Below are positions 1 through 12,736 of a stretch of 46,635 bases of DNA, piece by piece. The number at the start of each line of letters is the position of its first letter. Position 1 is the stretch's first letter. This DNA comes from Octopus sinensis (Eukaryota). Under the pieces are notes generated by a model. The model saw only the letters and a program-made list of their open reading frames with translations. It had not been told where the DNA came from and did not search any database. Both the position numbers and the translations under genes were made by a program. Location of the stretch: assembly GCF_006345805.1 (NCBI RefSeq), contig NW_021834801.1:1-46635 (forward strand), written 5' to 3'.

Positions 1-71
1 TATATGCTTGTGTACATATTGTGTACATACTAGTATCTTACATCCAGAGAGAGCACATATTAAATAAATGG

Positions 72-118
72 ACAGACAGACAGACAGACAGACAGAACAG
101 ACAGACAGACAGACAGAC

Positions 119-192
<74 letters not shown>

Positions 193-205
193 TAGATAGA
201 TAGAT
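72..205. repeat. Compound (GACA)n(GATA)n microsatellite
   Basis: Directly visible tetranucleotide arrays. Similar arrays lie at about 20265-20500, 20780-20955, 45658-45725 and 46080-46170. Confidence 0.97.
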
Positions 206-679
206 ATGTGTATGCTTATGGCGCATAAGAATACGCCTATTTTGTATCATGGTATTTATCTGATATTACGTATGCGTATGTGTCTCTGTGCATGCGCACA
301 CGTGGCTAAATGTGACTGTATTTGCATATAGAAATGATGCATAAAATATAATGGAACACATTATACAAAATAGTACGAATGACAAAGTACGTTTAGATGT
401 TAGTAATTCCGTTTTTGTATATTATTTATAGTATAATAAGTAACCACTCTTTTTTTTTGAAGTTTTATTTATGATAGTTATCTTCTTTTTCACTCGAAAT
501 ATATTTGCCGTCCACCCTCCCACGTGTACATACTGTTTCTTTCCCTCTCTCTCTCTCTCTTTCTCTTTCTCCCTCTCTTCACTCCCTCTCCTCGCTCTCT
601 GCCCTCCTGTGCTTTACTCATCCCTCTAGTGGTGAACAAAGAACCAATTATTTTATCTCATCCTCATTGTCATTATATT

Positions 680-724
680 ATCTATTATTATTATTATTAT
701 ATCATCATCAGCAGCAGTAGCAGT

Positions 725-798
<74 letters not shown>

Positions 799-1275
799 CA
801 GCAGCAGCAACACTGGAAAATGTGACAAAGTGTCATCTGTCCACAACCTGAGGACTAAAGTAACACAAGTCGTTTCGATTTCGATTTTTCTGCGAAGGAT
901 TTGTGCAGTTCCAAGACAACTTCAATGTATAGCGTGAAGGAGCTGTAAAGAGATCATGAATCGTTCCTAGCAGAAAAAGAGGAACTTAAAAGAGGTATAT
1001 CACAAAAGTTGTGGTGGTGGTGGTGGTAGTAGTAGTAGTTGTGGTGGTGGTGGTGGTAGTAGTAGTAGTAGTAGTTGTGGTGGTGGTGGTGGTGGTAGTA
1101 GTAGTAGTAGTAGTTGTAGTAGTAGTAGTAGTAGTAGTAGTGGAGGTTGTGGTAGTAGTAGTAGTAGTAGTAGTAGTTGTGGTGGTGGTGGTAGTAAGTA
1201 GTAGTTAGTCGTAGTAGTAGTAGTGGAGGGTGGTGGTGTGGTGGTGGTGTAGTAGTAGTAGTAGTAGTGGTGGTG

Positions 1276-1315
<40 letters not shown>

Positions 1316-1367
1316 AGGTGGTGGTGGTGGTGGTAGTAGCAGTAGTAGTGGTGGTGGTGGTGGTGGT

Positions 1368-1414
<47 letters not shown>

Positions 1415-1452
1415 TGTGGTGGTGGTGGTGGTGGTAGTAGTAGTAGTAGTAA
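680..1452. repeat. Trinucleotide arrays: (TTA)/(CAG)/(TAG) at 680-810 and a compound (GTG)/(GTA) array at about 1010-1452
   Basis: Directly visible. These arrays explain the poly-S, poly-V and poly-G ORFs. Confidence 0.95.
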
Positions 1453-2023
1453 GGGTGGTGGATGGGGGGAGGAACGACTGTTATGAATGTGTTCTACCCT
1501 GATTTCAGCTTGCTAATGATAACGACGGATGACGCGGGGGGTGGAAGTAATATGTCTTACCTAATGTGCAATGCAAAGATCTACTAGCAAAAAAAAAATA
1601 AAATAAATAAAATTACCGACTACTAAAAATCGTGAGCCTAACAAAAATAAGTAAATAAAAATAAAAACAAGATAAAAGTAGCGCCACATTATTTATTGTA
1701 TATGACAAAAGTTAGACTATATATCAATGTCGTGTTAATAAACTGACAGTGTAAATGGTGTCTAAGTAAATTATCACGCCAGAGGACACCGAAACAGCTG
1801 GGAAAATTACAGCTGTTTTAGATATTTAATTGGAGTCATCGTTAGAGCGGTCTAGTTATCCGTCCATTTTGATTTGATTTTATATTCCATTTTTTGGCAT
1901 GCGTGATTTGTATGATTAGAGTAATATACCTCTACTCCTATAAAAAAGCATTAACTGTGACACTTATAAGTATAGGTATGGATAAGTTACTCCAAATGGC
2001 CATATCACTGTAGAGAAATGTTG

Positions 2024-2429
2024 GGATCTTTTCGGTTTGAACGGCAGTTTTTAACATAATTTCTAGGTAACAAAAAAATTTTAAACTTCGTATATTGGTA
2101 GAACGTGTTTATAAAACATCTTTTTCTCTTGACTTTACTGAAAAAATTCTATAGTTTGTAATATTTGTTTTTTTTTTTCTTCAATTCCTGCAATTTCAAC
2201 CAATCAATGACGTCTGTTGAGGTGAAAACATTGTGTGCCGAATGAATATGTCCCTCGTTTAAGAAACAGATTGGATTTATTTACATTTGTGAAGAAAAAA
2301 GCTACCCTTCCCCCACCTCTAACCCTAAAACAGATTGAAATGCAATAGATCGATACTAGGGTTATGATTATGGGTGACAATTTCATATGACACCGCTAGA
2401 AAAAACTGCCGTTCAAACCGAAAAAATCC
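2024..2429. mobile_element. Non-autonomous DNA transposon (Merlin-like MITE), short form, copy 1
   Basis: Termini GGATCTTTTCGGTTTGAACGGCAG ... CTGCCGTTCAAACCGAAAAAATCC. The body closely matches 13415-13840. No TSD is recognisable here (AAATGTTG vs AAAATAAG). Confidence 0.8.
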
Positions 2430-3025
2430 AAAATAAGTTATACATTGTATCACGTATTCCATAAAATGCAAAAATGATGAGATTGACACTCCAGGAATAC
2501 ATTTGATCATAGGTCCTCTTGGTCAGGACTAGATTTGTGTTAAACAGCAACAACACAAATGAATTCTACTAACTGCGGACTTTCCTGTCGTAAATGACAG
2601 ATGAGAGTTAAACAATTTCTTGGGGAACAACTACACCGATGTTGTGCTTACAGTGGTCAAATATTTACGTTGTAAATTAGCTTACTCCCTCCATCAAACT
2701 GATATTGCCTGTACAGGTGCACAAATGTGCCATACGTTAGATGCTAAAATGGATGCAAAGCAACGTGAAATGAAGTGTTTTACTCAAGAACACAAAGCAT
2801 CGCTTGATCCAGGAACCGAACTCACAGCATTGCAACACCCGAACCGCTATGCTGCGCGCATTTATCGAATTTTACTGTAGTTGTCTCGGAATATTCGTAT
2901 AAGTTGTTTTTGTTCTTGTCTCCAACAAACCCCAGGTTCAGCTCTGATTGATCAAGCTTACGAGCAAAGAAATTCCAGGTGAAATAACCATTCCGGTTTA
3001 TTTTGTCTTTTGTTTGGTTTTTGGA

Positions 3026-3280
3026 GTGGAGGCGCGTGGCTTAGTGGTTAGAGTGTCAGCATCATTATCGTAAGATTGTGGTTTCGATTCCTGGAACAGG
3101 TGACGCGTTGCGTTCTTGAGCAAAATACTTCCTTTCACCTTGCTCCAGTCCACTCAGCTGGCAAAAATGAGTAACGCTGCGATGGACTGACGCCCCGTCC
3201 AGCTGCGGAATACATACGCCATTGAAACCGGGCCCATGAGCCTGGCTAGGCTTTAAAAGGGCGCATTTATTTATTTATTA
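3026..3280 (+). mobile_element. tRNA-derived SINE, family C (head GTGGAGGCGCGTGGCTTAGTGG, CORE-like centre)
   Basis: A-box-like TGGCTTAGTGG, B-box-like GTTTCGATTCC and a (TTTA)n tail. Flanked by a near-direct repeat TTTGGTTTTTGGA (3013-3025) / TTTGGGTTTTGGA (3281-3293). Homologous to 44614-44880. Confidence 0.85.
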
Positions 3281-3317
3281 TTTGGGTTTTGGAAGCAGGA
3301 AGGTATGTATATTTAAT

Positions 3318-3840
3318 TTTTTATTACCCACAGGGGGCTTACCAAAGAGGGAACAAACAAGGACAAACAAAGGGATTAATCGATTACATCGATCCCAGTG
3401 CGTACTAGTACTTATTTAATCGACCCCGGAAGGATGAAAAGCAAAGTTGACCTCGGCGGAATTTGAACTCAAAACAGAATACCGCTAAGCATATCTTTAT
3501 CGATGAATAGTATACTGTTATGAAATTTCACGAATATTTAATAATTGAATTAAATTTAATCAACCAACCAATAATAATTCCACACAAAAGCGTAGATATA
3601 CGTTTAAATGAGTTAATGTTGGTAGATTAACAATAATAAATTAATGAGAATTACTCTTCTATATATTAGTCAATAATCCTTTCTACTATAGGCAAAAGGC
3701 CTGAAATTTGAGAGAGAGGAGTTAATCGATTACATCGACCCAGTACATAACTGGTACTTATTTCCGCGACCCCGAAAGGATGAAAGGCAAAGTCGACCTC
3801 AGCGGAATTTGAACTCAAAACATAACAGCAGACGAAATAT
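3318..3840 (-). mobile_element. Two partial family A SINE copies
   Basis: Both contain the recurrent core GAAAGGATGAAAGGCAAAGTCGACCTCGGCGGAATTTGAACTC, seen more than 20 times in the window. Confidence 0.85.
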
Positions 3841-3864
3841 CAATCAATGATGAGAATAATTCAA

Positions 3865-4265
3865 GGCGGCAAGCTGGCAGAATCGTTAGCATGCCGAGCG
3901 AAATGCTTAGCAGTATTTCGTCTGCCGCTACGTTCTGAGTTCAAATTCCGCCGAGGTCGACTTTTCCTTTCATCCTTTCGGGGCCGATAAATTAAGTACC
4001 AGTTTCGCACTGGGCTCGATATAATCGACCTAATCCGTTTGTCTGTCCTTGTTAGTCTCCTCTGTGTTTAGCCCCTTGTGAGTAGTTAAGAAATAGATAT
4101 TTCGTCGTCTTTACGTTTTGAGTTCACATTCCGCCGAGGTCGGATCTCCCTTTCATCTTTCCAGGGTCGATAAATTAAATACCAGTTGCGTACTGGAGTC
4201 CATTTAATTGACTGGCCTCCTCCTCAAAAATTTTGGGCCTTGTGCCTAAAGAAGAAAAGATTAAT
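3865..4265 (+). mobile_element. tRNA-derived SINE family A, head-to-tail dimer with a single head
   Basis: Head GGCGGCAAGCTGGCAGAATCGTTAG and B-box-like GAGTTCAAATTCC. The tail ...AAGAAATAGATATT runs directly into the internal TCGTC...TTACGTTTTGAGTTC of a second body at about 4090-4105. Confidence 0.85.
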
Positions 4266-4454
4266 GAGAATGATTCTAACACAGTCTGTATGTATATATA
4301 TAGCATTTATTTACTGTAATTATGTGTCTTTATGTCTACAATGTGTATATTTATATCAGTGTTTAGAAATGTATATATGATATATAAGAACATGTAAATA
4401 TTGTGTGCTTTTTGTGTCAGCGTGTGATTAGCTCTATTAAATTTCTTATTACAG

Positions 4455-4586
4455 TGAATGGTCTATTATACATAATGAATAAAAGCGACAAATCGATTTT
4501 CTCCACCACCATCAACATCATAATTCCTGTCGTCGCCATCATGGTCTCTTTTGTTATCATAGCGTTCATCATTACTCTGAGAAAAC
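4455..4586 (+). CDS. Candidate internal exon encoding the juxtamembrane region and single transmembrane helix of a type I membrane protein (NGLLYIMNKSDKSIFSTTINIIIPVVAIMVSFVIIAFIITLRK-)
   Basis: Acceptor TTTCTTATTACAG at 4454 and donor GTAAAT at 4587. 132 nt, symmetric phase 1-1, in non-repetitive sequence. About 23 hydrophobic residues are followed by a basic stop-transfer motif. Family not identifiable. Confidence 0.55.
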
Positions 4587-5313
4587 GTAAATACATTACA
4601 TTGTAGAAATACTATTAATTGTGAGACACGCACATACACATGTACACTTGAATTTATTATTGAAAGCATAGGGCTTCGTAATACCAAGTCAACTGTGAGT
4701 GTCAATTGTGTATCTGTTTTCACACGCCTGTGTATATGTATAGAATAAAAAGAGAAAGAAAATGAAAATGCACTTGAAGTCTTTAAGAACATTTATTTAC
4801 ATTTACATGAATGCTTTCACTGTACCATAATTATCAAAAGTAGTATGAGATGGGGAGACCTGCAGGTTTGCCATATTTGTGTCCGTGATTAATGTGGGCT
4901 TTCAATAAATATAGGCCAGGTGACAATTCTTCATATTTGTTGTCAGCCTAAAATAGCGTATCGAAAGATATCGCGTGTTTGTTACAATCAAGACTTTCAG
5001 TGAAGATAAAAGTCTATTCCAGATAACCAAAGGTGGGAAAAAGAAACGAAAGCAACAAAGTTTAATAACAGGCTTATTTTTAAAATATGAAGAAATATCA
5101 CGCAGACCTTTGTGTTAAACACGTCTATAAGCTTAGAGATGAGATATATATATCATACAACTCTCCATCTCATACACTTTCGAAAGGAAATAACTCTAAT
5201 TTTTTCCCCTTTTACTACTTTTTGTTTTCTTTTTCTTTTCAGGATTTTCAACCTTCCACCTTTTATATCTACTTCTTTCTCGCTTTTTCTAGACTTTTCT
5301 CTCTTCCTTTCAG

Positions 5314-5398
5314 TTATGCAACGTGGGCAGTGCCTGACGAATGCGCTGAGACAACAGACGTGTTAAAAAATACTGTCTGGCATGATTTCGTCGCATGA
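5314..5398 (+). CDS. Candidate terminal exon (cytoplasmic tail) of the same gene
   Basis: Strong polypyrimidine acceptor TTTTCTCTCTTCCTTTCAG ending at 5313. Phase-1 entry gives LMQRGQCLTNALRQQTC* (stop 5364-5366). Phase-2 entry gives YATWAVPDECAETTDVLKNTVWHDFVA* (stop 5396-5398). AATAAA at about 5613. Frame unresolved. Confidence 0.35.
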
Positions 5399-5537
5399 AA
5401 CTAATAGTAGCACATAAAAACATATATTGTGTTTATCAAATAATATTTATCTCCCACCAGATGGAGTACATTTTTGTTGATCTTACCATCAGGGAACAGA
5501 ACACGACACTATATATATATGTATGTGTGTGTGTGTG

Positions 5538-5572
<35 letters not shown>

Positions 5573-6138
5573 TGTGTCTGTGAGTGTGTATAAGAAAATG
5601 AGACGACAAAAAAATAAACGATTATCTTATGAAGTTCTTTATCTCAGCTATTTCTCTTATAAGCTGCAGTGGACACATAGTTGAGTGCCTGAATGACACT
5701 ATAGTTTCATCGGAGCTACCCCCACCTCCGAATATGACATTCGATACGAAATTCGTAAGATAATCATTTATTCGTTTGTCACCTCATTTTCTTATTAGCG
5801 CTCACACCTCGCCTAACACTTCGATCTAAAGATGCGTATATTGAGTTCTACCCCAGGTCTTGCAATGCCTAAGCTATATATATATATATATATACATAGC
5901 TTTCTTCCGAGGAATTTAATGCTCTAAGCTTAGATTTTGCTTGGGGCTGGCCAGATTGGAGCAATCTCAAGTATAATCAGCCGAAATTGCGAAGATAATT
6001 TGGTGCTTGACTGAGGAAAGAAAACTTCTAATGAGCCCTCCTTGTTTTCTTTGTATCGCCTATCTGGATGTTTTGTTGTCCCATGTTTGTATCACCGAAC
6101 TGTCCGGATGTTTTGCGTACTTGTCCCATTTTGTATTT

Positions 6139-6169
<31 letters not shown>

Positions 6170-6175
<6 letters not shown>

Positions 6176-6481
6176 ACCACGTGACCGACCAGGCTATCAG
6201 ATGTTGCCACACATCGCTGGCCACAATGCGCTTCGCATTGTTTTAGCTTTCAAATGACGCCACCCCGCTGATTAAGCGAGCAGGCCAACAGTAGAAAGAG
6301 TGAGAGATAGTTGTGGCGAAAGAGTACGACAGGGATCGCCACCCCACCCCACCCCTGCTGGAGCCTCATGGAGCTTTAGGTGTTTTCGCTCAATAAACGT
6401 TCACAACGCCCAGTCTGGGAATCGAAACTGCGATCTTACGACCGCGAGTCCGATGCCCCAACCACTGGGCCATTGCGCCTC

Positions 6482-6484
<3 letters not shown>
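6170..6484 (-). mobile_element. tRNA-derived SINE family D
   Basis: The reverse complement begins GTGGAGGCGCAATGGCCCAGTGGTTGGGGCA and shares its head and central region with 41749-42110. Confidence 0.8.
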
Positions 6485-6517
<33 letters not shown>

Positions 6518-6525
6518 CGTATATA

Positions 6526-6581
<56 letters not shown>

Positions 6582-6737
6582 ATATATATAAATTGTTCCA
6601 CGTCCTGCGTTGCTGTGTTTTTTGTTTGGATTAACTATATATGTATATACATATATACATATACATATATATATATACATATACATATACATATGCATAT
6701 ACATACACATATATATATATGCAGATACACACAGACA

Positions 6738-7410
6738 TGTCAGAAGTGAAAAGATACCCTTATAATGGTTAAAATTAATTTAAATTTGAAATTATACATT
6801 CGAATTATTTATTCATTATTATAATGTGAATATCTAATATTTATTAAACATGTCCTTTACATTTTTCAGTGCAAAGATCATTAAGTATTTCTACTGATCG
6901 GACGACGAATATTCTCTTGGGGAATTCCTTGCAAAGTTCCATGCAGTAATCTCAAAAGATCTGGCTTTGAGTATGCCTTGTTATTCTTTTTATGAAGTGT
7001 TTTGTTCATTATGATCCAGAGGTGTCCTATAGGGTTCGTTTCAGATGCCTGGCTTGGAGATGGAAGATTTTTAATGACATTCTCTTACAACCAGCCTTGG
7101 ATCTTTTTAGCCGTGTGACAATGAGTCACATCTTCTAAATAGTGTTCTTTAATCATTTCACCATTGGAGAAGATTGGAAGGAGTCGTTTCTACAATATGG
7201 ACACGTATTTATCTCATCGACCATTGCTCCAAACTGCTCCCCAGACCATCATAAAATAGCCGCCGTGTTTCATTGTTGGTTGCAATCTTTTCACGTCAAA
7301 TTCTTGATCACTGAGTCTCCAGACCCATACTCGACCACTGTAAGAAAATACAGCAAATCTGGACCCATCAGAGAATATGACAGTGTATGTAACCAAATAG
7401 ATATCTAGGA
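6738..7410 (-). pseudogene. Degenerate Tc1-family (DD34E) transposase fragment
   Basis: Minus-strand translation contains VIFSDGSRF, WVWR, QPTMKHGGYFMMVWGAVWSNG, EDVTHCHTAKK and PSQASETNPIGHLW. These match the Tc1 motifs IFSDESKF / TVKHGGGSVMVWG / QDNAPCH / PSQSPDLNPIEHLW. Contains stops and frameshifts and is 5' truncated. Confidence 0.85.
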
Positions 7411-7584
7411 AGACCAGAATTCAAACAAGAACTCAATACACACTTACACAAATAAAGGTGAAAGGTCTCAAGGAAGAGCTTGGACCCATGAAATAGAGGA
7501 AAGCTTCGTAGAACATTTTATTAGTAATAAGATATATAATATGTATAATACATGTATACATATACACATATACATATATATACA

Positions 7585-7749
7585 GGCGCAGGAGTGGCTG
7601 TGTGGTAAGTAGCTTGCTAACCAACCATATGGTTCCGGGTTCAGTCCCACTTGGGCAAGTGTCTTCTGCTATAGCCCCGAGCCGACCAATGCCTGTGAGT
7701 GGATTTGGTAGACGGAAACTGAAAGAAACCTGTCGTATATATATATATG

Positions 7750-7815
<66 letters not shown>

Positions 7816-8010
7816 TCCCCCTAGCATTGCTTGACAACCGATGCTGGTGTATTTACGTCCCCGTCACTTAGCGGTTCGGCAAAAGAGACCGATAGAATAA
7901 GTACTGGGCTTACAAAAAATAAGTCCCGGGGTCGATTTGCTCGACTAAAGGCGGTGCTCCAGCATGGCCGCAGTCAACTGACTGAAACAAGTAAAAGAGT
8001 AAAAGAGAGA
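7585..8010 (+). mobile_element. tRNA-derived SINE family B with an internal (TA)n(TG)n microsatellite, near full length
   Basis: Head GCAGGAGTGGCTGTGTGGTAAG...GGTTCAGTCCC, CORE-like TTGGGCAAGTGTCTTCT, internal microsatellite at 7735-7811, tail (AGTAAAAG)n. Confidence 0.9.
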
Positions 8011-8380
8011 GTATATACATATATACATACATGTATATATGTTTGTGTGTGTGAATGTGTGTATGTATCCTGCTTGGTTACATATTTCCGATAACGCACG
8101 AACTGGGTCACTCCATGCATCGGTCATCCAAAGATATGATAAACGACGCTTGTACAATGTGCCACGGAGCTGATCAAACTCGAAATCTCGCTGTTGTGAA
8201 GCGAATATTTTTTAATGACGCAGACATGTCCGCATCCCAGACTATAATATGTGTGTGTGCGTCTATGTGTGTGAGTGTTTTTGTACACACACACACACAC
8301 ACAAATATATATATATATGTATGTATGCACTTACATAACTACAAATAAACTTGTTTTATGCAGCATTTATGCATATGTGC

Positions 8381-8429
<49 letters not shown>

Positions 8430-8454
8430 GACAGACAGACAGATAGAAATTCTT

Positions 8455-8860
8455 TTATTCTTTTCTTTTATTCTTTTACTTGTTTCAGTCATTTGACTGT
8501 GGCCATGCTGGAGCACTACCTTTCGTCGAGCAAATCGACCCCAGGACTTATTCTTTGTAAGCCTAGTACTTATTCTATCGGTCTCTTTTGCCGAACCGCT
8601 AGGTTACGGGGACGTAAGCACATCAGCATCGGTTGTCAAACGATGTTGAGGGAACAAACACAGACGCACAAACATACACACACACACAACATATATATAT
8701 ATACATATATACGACGGGCTTCTTTGAGTTTCCGTCTACCAAATCCACTCACAAGGCTTTGGTAGGCCCGAGGCTATAGTAGAAGACACTTGCTGAAGGT
8801 GCTACGTAGTGGGGCTGAACCCAGAGCCATATGGTTGGTAAGCGAGCTACATACCACGTC
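8455..8860 (-). mobile_element. SINE family B, inverted relative to 7585-8010
   Basis: Reverse-complement homology along its length, including the internal microsatellite. Further copies lie at 35295-35582 (-), 24885-25010 (+, 5' part) and the split copies described under findings. Confidence 0.88.
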
Positions 8861-8973
8861 TATGTATATATGATTGTACGTATTTATTTATACTCATATA
8901 CGCAAGTCTTATTTGCGTATATGCATCGAAAGAGACAAATATAGGAAATTGCGTGTCTGTGTGTGTGTTTGTA

Positions 8974-9004
<31 letters not shown>

Positions 9005-9115
9005 ATGCAACGAAAGAGACAAAATATAGGAAATTGTGTGTATGTGTGTGTGTGTGTGTGTGTGCAACGAAAGAGACAAAATATAGGAAATTGTGTCTGT
9101 GTGTGTGTGTGTGTT

Positions 9116-9146
<31 letters not shown>

Positions 9147-9392
9147 ATTTAGATGTACATAAGGTGTTATAGTAATGAATGCTCTATTATAGATAAGGAA
9201 TAGAGGCGACATATCATTGATTTTCAGATTTTACATAATCTCATCAGTATGATCATCATCATCATCACCGTCAGCATCATCGCCGTCGTCATCATCGTAC
9301 ACCAAATGTTTATAATCACGTTATGTAAGTTACGATAGATTCTAGAAGAACTATTATATAACACAACACACACACACACACACACACACACA

Positions 9393-9741
9393 GAGATGTG
9401 TATGTGTATGTGTGTGCGTGCATATGTGAGCACTCAAATGTATGTGCGTCTGCGTTGGTACTTATATGTGTCTGTGTGTGAACAGATACACGCTCATAGA
9501 TAAGGAGACACAGACAACCAGACTGGCAGACAGACAGACACAAGGATATAAGATATATATATATATATATATATATCGCCTCGTCTGAACAATAGCTTAG
9601 TTGGTAAGAAGTTTCCTGCGGGTGAAACAATGCTTCGTTGCATATCTGACGTTGATACAGATAACAGATTGTTTAACTCGGCGGAACAAAATACTGCAGG
9701 GTACCTTCATTCGAAAATCACCGGTCTTTAGCTTCCTCGCC

Positions 9742-9786
<45 letters not shown>

Positions 9787-10570
9787 CTTTTGCCGATTTT
9801 ACACATGGATGAAAGACATAAATATGATAAATATGTTTTATGCAGTTGTATATGGATTACGGGCATGAGTACGTATGCACGCGCACACATACATGTATAT
9901 ATATACACACACACATATATGCATACAAATACACACACAAACACACCCCACACACACACCACACAAGAGAGATGTGTATGTGTGTGTGCGTGCATATGTG
10001 AGCACTCAAATGTATGTGCGTCTGCGTTGGTACTATATGGTGTCTGTGTGTGAACAGATACACGCTCATAGATAAGGAGACACAGACAACCAGACTGGCA
10101 GACAGACAGACACAAGGATATAAGATATATATATATATATTATATATATATATATATCGCCTCGTCTGAACAATAGCTTAGTTGGTAAGAAGTTTCCTGC
10201 GGGTGAAACAATGCTTCGTTGCATATCTGACGTTGATACAGATAACAGATTGTTTAACTCGGCGGAACAAAATACTGCAGGGTACCTTCATTCGAAAATC
10301 ACCGGTCTTTAGCTTCCTCGCCGACATATATATATATTATATATATAATTATATATATATATACACACATCTTTTGCCGATTTTACACATGGATGAAAGA
10401 CATAAATATGATAAATATGGTTTTATGCATTCAGTTGTATTGGATTACGGGCATGATTACGTATGCACGCGCACACATACATGTATATATAATACACACA
10501 CACATATATATGCATACAAATACACCACAAACACACACACACACACACCACCACACAAACACACACACAC
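9393..10570. repeat. Tandem duplication, unit about 576 bp
   Basis: The unique segments GAGATGTGTATGTG...GATATAAG and CGCCTCGTCTGAAC...CCTCGCCGAC recur almost identically from 9393 and from 9969. Confidence 0.92.
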
Positions 10571-10580
10571 ACATAATATA

Positions 10581-10630
<50 letters not shown>

Positions 10631-10800
10631 ATATATATATATACATATATATAACATAAATGAATATGCTTATATCTATTTAGATAGATAGAGAGATAAA
10701 GAGATAGAGAGATAGATAGATAGATTTATATATCGATATACATTCATTTATAAATATAACATATATACGTATATATATTTGTCTATATAAATATGTGTGC

Positions 10801-10832
<32 letters not shown>

Positions 10833-11458
10833 TTATGTGTGTGTGAGTGTGTGCATATGTATGTGAGTGTGTATGTTTACGTATGTGTGTACGTATATAT
10901 GTGTATATACGTATATGTATGTGTATGTATGTATGTATGTAAGCGCTTGTGTATATAACGCGTCGTTTGATTAGCTTTAATATCGTCTGCGGCATCTCAA
11001 AAGCTATTGAGATGAATCAAAACTTTGTTATCAATGACTGACTGATTACATATACACATTTTTAACGTTTGATATATTCTCTTTTTATGATATATTTGTT
11101 TATATCGGAAACTTATTTGGATATTAAATACGACCATATCTCCATTGAACGTATCACAGTCTGTGTGAAGTACGGAAGCGAAAATAGTATCAGTTAAACG
11201 AAGAAATAATTGGAATACAATGGTACACGAGTTGTTACGCAACAAGAAATTCTATTATAGGCTGCGATGACTATAATTATTAGTAGTAAAAAAAAACGCC
11301 GCAAAATACATTCAAATACTGACTGCAAAATTATTACAAAATATTTTGAATTATTGATCATATAAGGAGATATACAAGTTAGCAGAAAAAATACATTCAA
11401 CTATTACTAACCAGAATGTCATACAAAATATTGTGAAATCCTGCCAGATGAGAAGATA

Positions 11459-11954
11459 TCTCTATATCTATAAACGGCAAAATGGCTGTGTATCTGTGTG
11501 TCTGTGTGTCTGTGTGTCCTTTATACAAATCCTGTTTTTCACGTAAAAGGCTCGCATTTTCTATGGGCTTTCAAAACTGTCTGAGGCTGGTCATGAAAAT
11601 TTTTTCATTTCCCCAGTCACCCCAGAAAGCCATTAAAACAATCGATAAACCGACCCCTTATGCCCATAAGTTATTTTGCGGTCAAATTCGAGTTTTACTC
11701 GATTTCTTCTGTCTCCTTTTTGTCCGACTAATGGCATGTGCATAGTTCCGCTAATTTCCCATGATTATGCCGTTCCAGATGTAAAAACAAAAGTCCAATG
11801 AATATCAATTACTCTCATAAAAAGCTCCAATTAGCTCAAAACAACAAAACTGGCCAGGGTGAAATGTGATAAGTAAGTTAGCTCTTGATTTAGTGAAAAT
11901 TTTTACTGCGACCCGGCAACGAACAACAAGCACAACGCCGGGTCATAGTGCTAG
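11459..11954 (+). mobile_element. Non-autonomous Helitron-like element
   Basis: Starts A|TCTCTATATCTATAAA and ends CTAG|T. Subterminal hairpin arms GACCCGGC / GCCGGGTC. No TSD. Confidence 0.7.
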
Positions 11955-12139
11955 TAAGAGTTATGAAAACAAAACAAAATACATTATGTTACTAACCACA
12001 TATATAATATAAAGTATTTTGAAGTACTGGTCATATGAGGAGATATATTAGTTGTCGAACAAAATTCGTTTAACTACCGACCAGAGAGTAGTACGACGTA
12101 CTATTCTGCCAGCTCGCCGCCTTTCTTAGTACTATAATA

Positions 12140-12340
12140 ATACAAATTTTGGTACAATACCAGTAAGTTTGAAGGAGGGGTAAGTTGAATAGATCGACCC
12201 CAGTAATCAACTGATACTTATTTTATCGACCGCGAAATGCAAAGTAGACACCGTCGGAATTTGAACTCGGAACATAAAGACAGATGAAACGACATCAAGC
12301 ATTTTACCTAGCGTGCCAACGATTTTTCAACTCGCCACCT
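12140..12340 (-). mobile_element. SINE family A (diverged)
   Basis: Core and head reverse-complement motifs are present. Confidence 0.75.
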
Positions 12341-12342
12341 AA

Positions 12343-12736
12343 TCTATATATATAAAAGTGAGGTTGTGTGGTGTCTGTCTCCTACGATTTAGATTCCTAA
12401 CTACTCCCACATTTTGCGGTGCAGTTTAACCAAAAGCGGGTATCTTATAGTCGTGATTCATATCGAACTCTTCTGGGTATTAGCGCGTGTCTACGATGAG
12501 TCTACGATTTAAGAAAACATTTACCATCATTTTTCCCATTTTTAATGCATTTTTGGCATATATAAGGGAAGTAACTCACTAAAAATGTATTATTAAATCT
12601 CAGAACGTAAAAAGCTACAGTAACACCCCCCTTTGTGGTGAGCCATATTGAGATGGCTATTGTACTTTACATCTCTAAAAATGCTTATATAGTTATTTCC
12701 CTTACAAACCCGAGCAACGCCGGGCGATACTGCTAG
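12343..12736 (+). mobile_element. Non-autonomous Helitron-like element
   Basis: Starts A|TCTATATATATAAAAG and ends CCCGAGCAACGCCGGG (hairpin)...CTAG|T. Inserted in an AT dinucleotide with no TSD. Confidence 0.8.

Noticed and set aside
2620-2880. 86-aa ORF after a TACTAAC branch-like motif
   Set aside because: The 3' half is a decayed reverse-strand SINE head, the nearby acceptor gives early stops, and no domain is recognised.
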